From assembly GCA_963823035.1 (NCBI GenBank), contig CAWGKG010000018.1:448001-512000 (forward strand): 64,000 nt of DNA. Direction: 5' to 3'. Made by a program: the position numbers and the translations under genes. The DNA is from an uncultured Gemmatimonadales bacterium (GTDB taxonomy: Bacteria; Gemmatimonadota; Gemmatimonadetes; Longimicrobiales; Gaopeijiaceae). The notes beneath the pieces are model-generated. The model made no database searches and was not told the DNA's origin. It worked only from the letters and a program-made list of their open reading frames with translations. Position 1 is the first letter of the stretch; every line of letters begins with the position of its first letter. This document shows positions 55,548 through 64,000 of this stretch, piece by piece.

Positions 55548-56582
55548 TTACTGGCGCAGTGCCAGCCCGAGGGGAAGCAGCAGCATCGGCGCTGCTTCGT
55601 CGATGGAGATCATGCCCACCGCGTCAGCCCGAACGGGCACCCGCTCGAACGGATTGACGAGGTGCGTCTCTACGTTCATCCGCCGCCCCAACGACTCGAC
55701 CATGCCGGGCACGCGGGCCCCGCCGCCGCTGAGGAAGATCCTGCCCAGCGTCTCGCCGTCGTCGCGCGTCATCAGGAAGGCGCTGGCCCGCTCGATGCCC
55801 ACGGCGACCTCGTCCGCCGACGAGTCCACGAAGCGGTCGAGGTCGTCCACCGTCTCCCTGGCCTGGACGACGTCCTCCGCCTGCTCGGCAGTGAGACCAC
55901 GCTCGCGCTGCAGATCCTCGCGGATCCGGCGCGAGCCGAAGGGGATGTCGCGCGTGAGGATCGGCACGCCGCCCTCGAGGATGTTCACGTTGGTCGTCTC
56001 GTGACCGACGTTCACCAGCGCGATGATGCCCTCCATCGCCTCCGGGTGGTTGTGCTCGAAGGCGTTGTGCAGGGCGAAGGCGTCCACGTCGATGATGACC
56101 GGGTTGATGCCCGCGTCCTGCAGGAGCCCGACCTTGTTGTCGACGAGCTCCCTCTTGGCCGCGACGAGGAGCACCTCCATCTGGAGGCCCTCTTCGTGCG
56201 GGTTCAGGATCTGGAAATCGAGCTCGACGCTCTTGATGTCGAAGGGCACGTGCTGCTCGGCTTCCCACCGGATCACCTCGCGAGCGTCGGACTCCTTCAT
56301 CCGATCCATCTCGATCTTCTTGATGATCACGTCGTGGCCGCCGATGGCCGTGACGACCTCCGCGTTCTTGACGCCGATTTCCTGGAAGAGGCCGCGGACC
56401 GTGTCCGAGACCAGGCCGTAGTCCATGATCTCCCCTTCCACGATCGCGTCGGGAAGGAGGGGGCGCATGGCGACCCGGACCACCTCGGGTTGATCCCCCG
56501 AATGGTCGACTTCGACGACTTTCACGAAGCCGGAACCGATGTCCAGTCCGATGGAAGTCCGCTTACGTCCGAAAAGGCCCAT
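55548..56582 (-). CDS. pilM: Type IV pilus assembly protein PilM
   Basis: IGLDIGS, EA.Q.VPF, LDF, IDVDAFAL, LSGGGA, GLALR. Confidence 0.95.
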   Translation of the reverse strand: MGLFGRKRTSIGLDIGSGFVKVVEVDHSGDQPEVVRVAMRPLLPDAIVEGEIMDYGLVSDTVRGLFQEIGVKNAEVVTAIGGHDVIIKKIEMDRMKESDAREVIRWEAEQHVPFDIKSVELDFQILNPHEEGLQMEVLLVAAKRELVDNKVGLLQDAGINPVIIDVDAFALHNAFEHNHPEAMEGIIALVNVGHETTNVNILEGGVPILTRDIPFGSRRIREDLQRERGLTAEQAEDVVQARETVDDLDRFVDSSADEVAVGIERASAFLMTRDDGETLGRIFLSGGGARVPGMVESLGRRMNVETHLVNPFERVPVRADAVGMISIDEAAPMLLLPLGLALRQ

Positions 56583-56638
56583 GACGTGCCTTCTTCAGGA
56601 AAAATGGAGGAACAAATTTTCCCGAGAATCTCGGGTCC

Positions 56639-56668
56639 AGCTTACCACGGAAAATGCAGTCTTGTCAA
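56639..56668 (-). promoter_or_regulatory. Sigma70-type promoter for pilMNOPQ
   Basis: TTGACA-N18-TAAGCT with extended TG, inside an AT-rich intergenic region. Confidence 0.6.
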
Positions 56669-56774
56669 TACTATTGTCCAACTCGGTCGATCGCAAGAAT
56701 TGGTAAACATTTGATGCACGACATCAGCTTCAAATCCCGCTGTGAAGCCCCTATTCCGACCCGTGGGTCGGGGG

Positions 56775-57980
56775 TCAACCGCCGCTGACATCGGAAAGAT
56801 CCACCCAGCTGCGCAAGGCCAACGGACGCACTTTGGTCAGCGCAGGATTGTTGAGAATCGACCGCTCGATGGCGCAGCTCGAATAGGTGATCGTCGTCCC
56901 GCCGCCGAGCGTCGACGCACGACGCCGGGCATCGGCGACGACCACTCCTCCCCAGAAGTGCCCGCCTTCTCCGCGCGTGGTCAGTCGTCCACGCACGATC
57001 ACGGCGCCGTAGAATTGGAAGCCACCCGATACATCCAGATCGCCATCGACGAGCAGGATCCCCTGTCCGACACCACCGGACAGTGTGAGCAAGCCGGCGT
57101 GGTGGACGATCGGGAAGTAGTCGAAGCAGGGCGAAGCAGGATCGGCGGGAGCACCCCAGTTGGTCGGATCTTCCATGGCGCAGCGGCCGTCCCGCGTGGC
57201 GGGGCCGATCGCCCCGGGCGCGTCCGCCGGCAGCTCGTTCGCCAGCTCGACCAGCTCGTCCCACGTCATGTCGCCGAACGTCGTCAAGGACGCGAAGGAG
57301 AGTTCCGCGTCCTCGACCAAGGGGGGAGACCCGGTCATGGCGGAGCGCCGGCCCACCCGGTCCCCGCCCCCGGAACTCCATGCAGTGTCGGCCGCCAGGA
57401 CCCCGGGCGCGTCGACGCGCGCGGAGGCGCCGCACACGCCGCTCCAGTCCGCTCCCTCGTCCGATCCGGCCGGGTACGCGTCGATGCCGCGGACCACGGC
57501 CCGCCCGGCCCAGCCCAGCGGTGCGTTCGTGGTGAGCGCGGCACGTGGCTCGACCCGCGCCTGGGACATCCTCGTGACCAGACCCACGCGACTGCGGGCG
57601 CCGCTCCATGGCGTGCCGCCCGCCGCGACGGTGGCCGTCGCGTCCAGGAAGAAGATCCGCGAGGCCATCCGGGTGACGTCCACCGAGACCACGCCGCCGT
57701 CCACGGTGTCCACGAGCGTGGTGTCGCCCCAGAGTGGGAGCCCGGCGAAGACGCGCGTCCGGTTGACGAGCACGCCGTTCGTGCCGCTCTGGGCGAGGTT
57801 GACGGCCATCGCCGAAAGGCGGGTCTCGTCTCCGATGCGCACCTCCTGGCTGACCACGTAGAAGCTGGCCGTGACGAGCATGCCGACGACCACCAGCGCG
57901 CCGATGGCGGCGGGTAGGGCGAACCCTCGTCTGTCGGGCTTCCAGCTCAACGTGCTCATCCCCGGTTCCACGGAGCGCAT
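56775..57980 (-). CDS. PilX-like minor pilin (cassette 2)
   Basis: RRG|FALPAA class III signal lacking Glu5, A..LAQSG, C-terminal GQGILLVDGDL..SGGF.FYG.VIVRG. Start uncertain. Confidence 0.72.
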   Translation of the reverse strand: MRSVEPGMSTLSWKPDRRGFALPAAIGALVVVGMLVTASFYVVSQEVRIGDETRLSAMAVNLAQSGTNGVLVNRTRVFAGLPLWGDTTLVDTVDGGVVSVDVTRMASRIFFLDATATVAAGGTPWSGARSRVGLVTRMSQARVEPRAALTTNAPLGWAGRAVVRGIDAYPAGSDEGADWSGVCGASARVDAPGVLAADTAWSSGGGDRVGRRSAMTGSPPLVEDAELSFASLTTFGDMTWDELVELANELPADAPGAIGPATRDGRCAMEDPTNWGAPADPASPCFDYFPIVHHAGLLTLSGGVGQGILLVDGDLDVSGGFQFYGAVIVRGRLTTRGEGGHFWGGVVVADARRRASTLGGGTTITYSSCAIERSILNNPALTKVRPLALRSWVDLSDVSGG

Positions 57981-57990
57981 GGTCGCGCCC

Positions 57991-58804
57991 TCAGTTCCTG
58001 GAGTAGACGAGGGCACGGATCGAATCCGCCGCCGCCTCGCCCGCCCCGCCCACCGGACCGCCCGGTGTGCGGATCGTGACCGCGATCTGCCGGACCTCGG
58101 TGGGGCGGGTCGTCACCGCGCCTGCCTCGTCGAGGTACGCGAACTCGAGGCCGGTGTCGGGTTGCAGCGGCCCGACCAACGCCACCTCGCTCCCGTCGGC
58201 CGCGGTGCGCCCGAGCCACGACTGTCCGTCGTGGTCCACCAGGCCGTAGTCGTAGCGCACGAACTCACGCACCGGCGCTCCGACGCTCACGCTGTCGCCG
58301 GAGATCGGCGAGAAACGGGCGCCCTGCCCAGCGAAGTCCAGCTTCTGCGCCTTCCGCCCTCCACATCGGGCGGTGGTGTCGACCGCGGTGACGCGCGCCG
58401 CGATCCAGGCGTCGTCGTCCGGATCGGTGCCTTCGTTGTCGGCGAAGACGAACACGGAGTCTCCGGCCACGAAGCGGTCCGCCACCTCCAGCACGTTGAG
58501 GGCGGGCGGATCGGACCGGGTGAGCGCGCACACGACGCCGAAGCCCCGCATCGAGCGCACGGTCATCGAGGCCGGACCCATCGCGATCAGGTCCCCACCG
58601 CGGGGGCTGATCTCCCGGAGCTCGCCGTACATGAGAGACGACCGCGGCGCGGATGGAGCGCTGTCCCCGGATCTGGCTCGCCTGGGCGGCGTAGGCGCGC
58701 TGGTTCGTGACCATGATCTGCATGGACGACACGAACAGCACGCCACCGAGGACCATGACCACGAGCAGCTCCGCGAACGTGAACCCGCGCCGTCCCCGGC
58801 TCAT
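57991..58804 (-). CDS. PilW-like minor pilin (cassette 2; frameshift near 58640)
   Basis: RRG|FTFAELLVVM, then ELREI in the second frame. Confidence 0.75.
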
Positions 58805-59222
58805 CGCTGGATCACCCGGAAGGAGAAGGTGTCGGCCACCGCGGGTCCGAGCGTCCGCCCCGCCCCGGGACGGACGACTCGACGCCGGGGCCCAGCGTAA
58901 CGACCGAGACCATGCGGGACTGGGAGGACTCGGCCACGGACCACCAGGTCAGCACGAAGGCCCCGATCGAATCGGATCCGGCGCTCACGCTGTCCAGCGG
59001 CGTGGCGTGGATCTTCTCGACGATCGTCTGCAGGGCCACCGCCCGGTCGGTCATGACTTCCCCGAGGGTCACCTGGCGAGCGATGAACGCGGTTGTGCCG
59101 GCCAGGCCCAGCACCCCCACTGCGAGTATCACGACGGCGATCACGACTTCCACCATCATGTAGCCTGGGGAGGACGTCTTGGAGACCCTCGCATCGAAGT
59201 GGCGGCGGTTCGAGTCCAGCAT
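58801..59222 (-). CDS. PilV-like minor pilin (cassette 2; probable frameshift near 58860)
   Basis: PG|YMMVEVVIAVVILAVGVLGLA. Confidence 0.75.
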
Positions 59223-59314
59223 CGTCGGTACACCAGCCCCCCCAGGGTGAGTCCGCTACCTCGCGCTCGTCGACTCGGGTCATCCGCGCGCGGCGCACTT
59301 CGCGATGTTCCCAA

Positions 59315-59330
59315 ACCAAGTTCCGTGCCA
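59315..59330 (-). promoter_or_regulatory. Candidate sigma54 promoter for minor-pilin cassette 2
   Basis: TGGCACGGAACTTGGT: perfect -24 box, -12 box TTGG instead of TTGC. Confidence 0.5.
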
Positions 59331-59425
59331 CCCTCGCACACGAACAACCGCGCCACTTGTTTCCGCCCGAAGGGTCCCGAAACGCGCAGACTTTTCCCAG
59401 GGACGGCAAGGAGTTCGTAGCGGCC

Positions 59426-60418
59426 TCAAGGCAGCGGAAATGGCCGCGTTCCGCGAAGGAACGGCCGCATCCACCCCTCCGCACCCTCCGCGAGCGCCCG
59501 CAGGGCCCGGCACCCCGATCCGAGCACGCGGGCATCCGCCGTCACCCGTACGCCCCCGGCCGCCCGCGCGAACCCCACCAGGACGGCGCCGTCCCGGAGG
59601 GTGAGCCGGCCGCCGACCAGGAGCAGTCCCTCGTGGCTGCCGCCGACGAGCTCCAGGTCCCCCTCCACCACCAGCAGCCCCTCGCCCGACTCCCCGCGCA
59701 GGGTGAGATCCCCGCGGACCGCACTCGGGCCTGTGCGGCCGCCGGCGGCCCCGCCGCCAACCGGGGCGCCCAGCCACCGGAGCAGCTCGGCGGGGCCCAG
59801 CGGGCCGAGCGACGGCTCCCCCGCCGGCGTGGGTGCGGCGCGAGCGACCGGTAGGGGGGAGGCGGCCCCGTAGAGGGTGTCGAGCGCCGCCCTCCAGGGC
59901 AGGCAGGAAGGGTCGTCCAAACCGGCCCCGTCACGCCGCACGCCGCCCACGTCGACGGAGCCGTCCAGGACGACGGATGCGTCGCTTCCCACCACGAGCA
60001 CTCCCGTGAAGTCTCGGAGCCGTTCGAGCGGATCCGGGAGCCAGGCCACGCTGGCCTCCCGCACGCGCCACCCCACACCCCTCACCCACCCCTCGCTCTC
60101 CGCGAGCCACTCCTCACGCGTGAGACGCCGGAGGCGGAGCCGGTAGCGCCCTTCCCCGAGCACGCCGCGGCCGACCTCGACGATGCCCTGGAGCGGCGTC
60201 CCCCCGACGGCGGAGCCCAGGGGCGTGGCCGCCCCGACGTCGCGCAGACCGTGGACGGCCGCGAGGTGAGCCTGAAGGAGGCGCGCTCCCGCATGGGACG
60301 CAGCGGCCTCCTGCCGGGCCATGAGAAGGGCTCCGTGGGCCAGCAGCTCGAGCGCGAGCATGAGGACCAGAACCACCACGAGGACACTTCCCCGATCCGG
60401 GCGCTCCCCCTCACGCAT
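59426..60418 (-). CDS. PilX-like minor pilin (cassette 1)
   Basis: DRG|SVLVVVLVLM; C-terminal GEGLLVVEGDL repeats paralogous to the cassette 2 PilX-like protein. Confidence 0.65.
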   Translation of the reverse strand: MREGERPDRGSVLVVVLVLMLALELLAHGALLMARQEAAASHAGARLLQAHLAAVHGLRDVGAATPLGSAVGGTPLQGIVEVGRGVLGEGRYRLRLRRLTREEWLAESEGWVRGVGWRVREASVAWLPDPLERLRDFTGVLVVGSDASVVLDGSVDVGGVRRDGAGLDDPSCLPWRAALDTLYGAASPLPVARAAPTPAGEPSLGPLGPAELLRWLGAPVGGGAAGGRTGPSAVRGDLTLRGESGEGLLVVEGDLELVGGSHEGLLLVGGRLTLRDGAVLVGFARAAGGVRVTADARVLGSGCRALRALAEGAEGWMRPFLRGTRPFPLP

Positions 60419-61124
60419 CGGGCGGCCCTCCCCCCCGTGCGAAGGAGAGCACCAGCGACGGCGCGCGGCCGCTGTCTCCCGGCAAATACAGCTCCAGCTC
60501 GATCTCGCCCGCCCCCCGGGCGTGGAAGCGACTGGGCGGCGTCAGGAGCACCTCGGGGGTGAGCGGCTGACGACCGGCTGCCCCCCGCCGGTACCGCAGG
60601 GCTCCCCGGTCGAGGTGGTAGCTGCCGCGCTCGAAGTAGCGGGCCAGGAGCGGTGCCGGCGGCGCGGCGCCCGAGAGCCGCCATCGCTCGATTCCCTCCG
60701 GCGTGCCCGGACACGGCATGGACGCCGGCCCCCGTTCCTCCAGTGCGAGCACGACGTCCCCGCCACCAGCGCCCGTCACCCGAACCGAGTCCTTGTCCGG
60801 GTCGGGCTCGCGCACGCCCTCGACGCGCACGACCAACTCGTGCTCGTCCGCGGCCGCGGCGCACACGACGCCGACGCCGCGATAGGCCCGGAGGGCGAGG
60901 GTGTCCGCACCCACCTCCTCCGTGCCGTCGCCGGCCCGCAGCTCCCGCCCCAGCAGGTGGCGAGCGACGCGTGCCGCGGCCAACGCGTCGGCACGATGCG
61001 CGAGCGTGGCCTGGAGGGTGCGCTGCCGCGCGAACGTCCCAACCGCGAGGGCGGCCAGCAGACAGCCGAGGAGGAGCGCCACCAGCGCCTCGGCCACGGT
61101 GAAGCCGCCGTCCCTCCCGCTCAT
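60411..61124 (-). CDS. PilW-like minor pilin (cassette 1)
   Basis: GG|FTVAEALVALLL, ELR motif; ATGA overlap. Confidence 0.72.
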   Translation of the reverse strand: MSGRDGGFTVAEALVALLLGCLLAALAVGTFARQRTLQATLAHRADALAAARVARHLLGRELRAGDGTEEVGADTLALRAYRGVGVVCAAAADEHELVVRVEGVREPDPDKDSVRVTGAGGGDVVLALEERGPASMPCPGTPEGIERWRLSGAAPPAPLLARYFERGSYHLDRGALRYRRGAAGRQPLTPEVLLTPPSRFHARGAGEIELELYLPGDSGRAPSLVLSFARGGGPPDA

Positions 61125-61450
61125 GGGCCCCTCCGCTCGGGCGCGACGCCTCCGTCCACGACCACGAGCGCGGTGTCGAGCGGGGTCGCGAACACCAGGT
61201 GCGCGATGCCGGCGGCCGCGCGCCATCGTACCTCGCCGCCCGGCGTGGTCACGCGGCCCTCGCCGGAGGAGACGCCGGCCGTGGAGAGGGAGTCGAGCAC
61301 GCGCTCCACCGCCGCGATGCCCCGCTCCTCGAGCTCGCCCCGGGTGAGGGTGCGGGCCGCGAGCACGAGCGTGCCCACCACGCCCAGGAGACCCACCTCG
61401 AGGAGGATGAGTGCCACCAGGACCTCGATGAGCGTGAAGCCCCGCCTCAC
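61121..61450 (-). CDS. PilV-like minor pilin (cassette 1)
   Basis: RRG|FTLIEVLVALILL; GTGA overlap. Confidence 0.78.
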   Translation of the reverse strand: MRRGFTLIEVLVALILLEVGLLGVVGTLVLAARTLTRGELEERGIAAVERVLDSLSTAGVSSGEGRVTTPGGEVRWRAAAGIAHLVFATPLDTALVVVDGGVAPERRGP

Positions 61451-61875
61451 CACCGACGAACCCTCCCGTAAGCCGATACCACCAGCGTGGCCTCGGCGCT
61501 GCCGCGTCGGAAGCGCAGCGTCTGGCTCGCGACCTGGCCGAGGCCGAGCGCATCGAAGCGGAGGTCGGATTCGGCCCGGCCCCGCGGAAGCGCCAGCTCG
61601 AGCGCGACCTCCTCCGCCAGCGCGATGCGCCGCCACTCGGTTCCTCCCGCCTCGTACCACGCTTCCGCCCCGGTGCCGGAGAGGTGGACCGTCGCGCCTC
61701 CCCACGCGACGGCCGCCGTCCTCGCTTCGGCGATGAGCCCGGCCACCTCCTCGCGCGCGGCCTCGACGGCCCATCGGTCCCGCGTCCCCTCCCCGGCGGC
61801 GAGGAGGATCGACGCGCCCGCCGCCATCAGGGCGAGAACCGCGCTCAGCTCGAGGAGGGTGTAGCCACGTCGCAT
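61447..61875 (-). CDS. FimT/GspH-like minor pilin (cassette 1)
   Basis: RRG|YTLLEL, AR..AV, FDALG, C-terminal VSAYGRVR. Confidence 0.8.
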   Translation of the reverse strand: MRRGYTLLELSAVLALMAAGASILLAAGEGTRDRWAVEAAREEVAGLIAEARTAAVAWGGATVHLSGTGAEAWYEAGGTEWRRIALAEEVALELALPRGRAESDLRFDALGLGQVASQTLRFRRGSAEATLVVSAYGRVRRW

Positions 61876-61959
61876 GGCAGAAGATGCGCCGGCGCGCGGG
61901 ACGCACCCATGGACGGAGAGGACTCCGGTTCGCGAGCACGGTCGCGCCGCCGGGTGTGG

Positions 61960-64000
61960 TCAGCGGGCCGGTTCCACCAGTCGGCTACCGGCACCTTGAA
62001 CAGCCCGGTTTCGTCCTGACGTTCGGTTCACGGTGGCTGCCCCGGGGGCGGGCGCGGCATCGCCCCAAAGCAACTCCATCGCCTCGTCGTACGGGAGCAG
62101 CTCCGGCGTCGCTCCGACCGATGTAGGCGCGAACGCGAACGCCACACGCTCGGAGTAGTGCTCCAGGAGGAGCCGATTCTCTTCGGGCCCGAGGTCCCGA
62201 ACGAAGAGAGGCCGACCCTCTTCGATTCCAGGGAGATCGCCCTGCCAGAGGAGCGGCGCCAGGGCGACCGCACCGAAACGATCAGCCCTCTGCTCACGGC
62301 GGCACGCCTCCGGAAAGGCCTCGCCGGCACGCACGCGGAGGCTCATGCCGGAGCGCAAGCGCATTCGGTAGATGCCCTCGGGGCTGCCGGCATCCTGTGT
62401 CAGATCCACCGGGGGAAGAGGCACGTCGGCCCTCCCAAGCCGCGTGGCCTTCCTCACGACCGAGTAAAGGTAGAGGCCGCAATTCGTGTTACGCCGCAGA
62501 GCGGCGATCACGCTGTCCTGGCGCATCCCTCCCGCGCCCTGGAGCGTCGAGCTGACGCGCTCGTTCCAGGATGTATGCACGAATACGATGGACGGCTCGC
62601 CGGTGGGGGGAGACGGCGCGGTGATGCGGTCAAGCGTCTCCTGGCGCCACGCGTAGCTGGCCCAACGTGACGGGATGTTCCAACCGACGGCGAACACGAT
62701 GCCCACTGCTACTGCCCACGCGCACAGGTCCCGTCCGACCGCGACAAGCTTCCGCTGTTCCGTTGCATCCCCGCTCCCCGCGAGGTGCGCCGTGGCGAGC
62801 ACGGCCAAGGCCACCCACGCGGGCGCAACCTCGAACAGCATCCGCGCGTTGTGGAACCAATAGTAGCCATTGGCGAGAACCGGCAGGAACGCCCACGCCA
62901 GGAGGAGGCCCATCCCCCCGGACATCCGAACGCCCGTGAGAAAGGCGATTCCGACCAACGCAGTCGCGGGGTACGGCGTCTCCAGGAGTTGCACGCCTGC
63001 GGCGAGTACATCGTTGGAGGTGAACGCCAGCGCCTCCGAGAGCCCGTAGTGCGAACCCCACGGGTCAACGTGGAAGCCGAGTCGATGCCGTTCCCCGAAC
63101 GCGGCCAAGTAGCCGAGCCTGAGAGGGGCACCGAAGAGGAGCCGGTTATACCAACCGAGCAGCACAGCCACCGGCAGGCCACCAGCCGCGGCACCAAGCA
63201 GACGTGCCACGAGCCATGGCAGGCTCACCGGGCGAGTCCGAAGCATCGTCGGCACCCACACGCCAACTGTGAACACCGCTCCCAGGACCAACCCGACGAG
63301 CGGCCGGTCGGCCACGGTGAGTCCGGCGGCGGTGCCCGCCACCGCGGCCCATCCGGCGCCCCCGTCACGGGCACGGAGCGCGGCGTAGAGCCCCGCGGCA
63401 GCGAAAGCACCCGTGGTGACGTGACTCATCAAGGTGCCGCCGAGAAAGAGGAGGAACGGACAGACGGCTACCAGCAGGCCTGCGACCCTGGCCTCGGCGG
63501 GACGCTCCGGCATCATCCTCATCATGCTGGAGGCGACGAGCCCCACCATGGCTCCGAACGCCAGGGGGCCGAGCAGCCTGGGAACACCCAGCCGCTGCAT
63601 CAGGGCCAACGCCACGAGATGAGTAGGAGGGTACTGTGAGACCCAACCCTCCGGCACAACAAGCGTGTTGGGGATCAGCCAGAACTCAGGCACGGAAAAG
63701 GTGGGACCGGCGAGAAGTCCGTGAGCCAGATAGCGCGCGTGTAGCGTGTAGGCGAACTCGTCGACATTTGTGAGGAGGCCCTTGAACAGGCCGTAGGCTA
63801 CCAGGGTGGCCAGGGTCCCGCCGACCGTTGCGAGCGCCGCCGCATAGAAGCCGTTCGAAGGCCGACAGAGGCGAGCAGCCAAGCTCCGCGCAGCCGCGCG
63901 AAGACGGTCGGCGGGAAAGAGCAGAGCCAGGAGTGCCGAGAGGAGTATCGTCACGATCGTGCCCCACCACACGAGTTGGAGCATCGAATCGGCGACCTCG
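61960..64000 (-). CDS. Polytopic membrane protein, probable GT-C (PMT/ArnT-like) glycosyltransferase (5' end probably outside the window)
   Basis: DE..Y motif (VDEFAY) after the early TM segments, SQYPP, more than 10 hydrophobic segments, C-terminal soluble domain. Confidence 0.65.
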   Translation of the reverse strand, partial: EVADSMLQLVWWGTIVTILLSALLALLFPADRLRAAARSLAARLCRPSNGFYAAALATVGGTLATLVAYGLFKGLLTNVDEFAYTLHARYLAHGLLAGPTFSVPEFWLIPNTLVVPEGWVSQYPPTHLVALALMQRLGVPRLLGPLAFGAMVGLVASSMMRMMPERPAEARVAGLLVAVCPFLLFLGGTLMSHVTTGAFAAAGLYAALRARDGGAGWAAVAGTAAGLTVADRPLVGLVLGAVFTVGVWVPTMLRTRPVSLPWLVARLLGAAAGGLPVAVLLGWYNRLLFGAPLRLGYLAAFGERHRLGFHVDPWGSHYGLSEALAFTSNDVLAAGVQLLETPYPATALVGIAFLTGVRMSGGMGLLLAWAFLPVLANGYYWFHNARMLFEVAPAWVALAVLATAHLAGSGDATEQRKLVAVGRDLCAWAVAVGIVFAVGWNIPSRWASYAWRQETLDRITAPSPPTGEPSIVFVHTSWNERVSSTLQGAGGMRQDSVIAALRRNTNCGLYLYSVVRKATRLGRADVPLPPVDLTQDAGSPEGIYRMRLRSGMSLRVRAGEAFPEACRREQRADRFGAVALAPLLWQGDLPGIEEGRPLFVRDLGPEENRLLLEHYSERVAFAFAPTSVGATPELLPYDEAMELLWGDAAPAPGAATVNRTSGRNRAVQGAGSRLVEPAR

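Overview
High-GC (visually ~70%) bacterial chromosome segment, almost all core genes. Gene content and order suggest Gemmatimonadota or a relative (inference, not checked). From left to right: TPR protein, YtxH, V4R protein, ruvX-mltG-thiE; a minus-strand 23S-5S rRNA unit with its own promoter and no linked 16S, directly downstream of a PHP/RNase AM-like gene that closes a complete F-type ATP synthase operon; moxR, CNNM/CBS and gamma-carbonic anhydrase-like genes; pilD, trmH-family, thiD, punA, nupC, rhomboid; dnaK, degP, tRNA-Leu(UAG), tig-clpP-clpX-lon-engB; a long minus-strand run aroC-aroK-topA-trmFO-xerC-hslV-hslU-argF-gcvT-mog-sigma54 activator; and a type IVa pilus locus. The pilus locus has a GT-C glycosyltransferase, two tandem minor-pilin cassettes, pilMNOPQ and an uncharacterised ~930-aa Ig/beta-propeller lipoprotein. 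About 18 small frameshifts interrupt otherwise intact genes, including highly conserved ones, and are most likely long-read indel errors. No mobile element, prophage or CRISPR array was seen. The best novelty candidates are the unlinked 23S-5S unit beside an RNase AM-like gene, the atypical pilus locus, a shared palindrome upstream of dnaK and hslVU, and a gamma-CA/zinc-ribbon fusion with a His-to-Glu ligand change.
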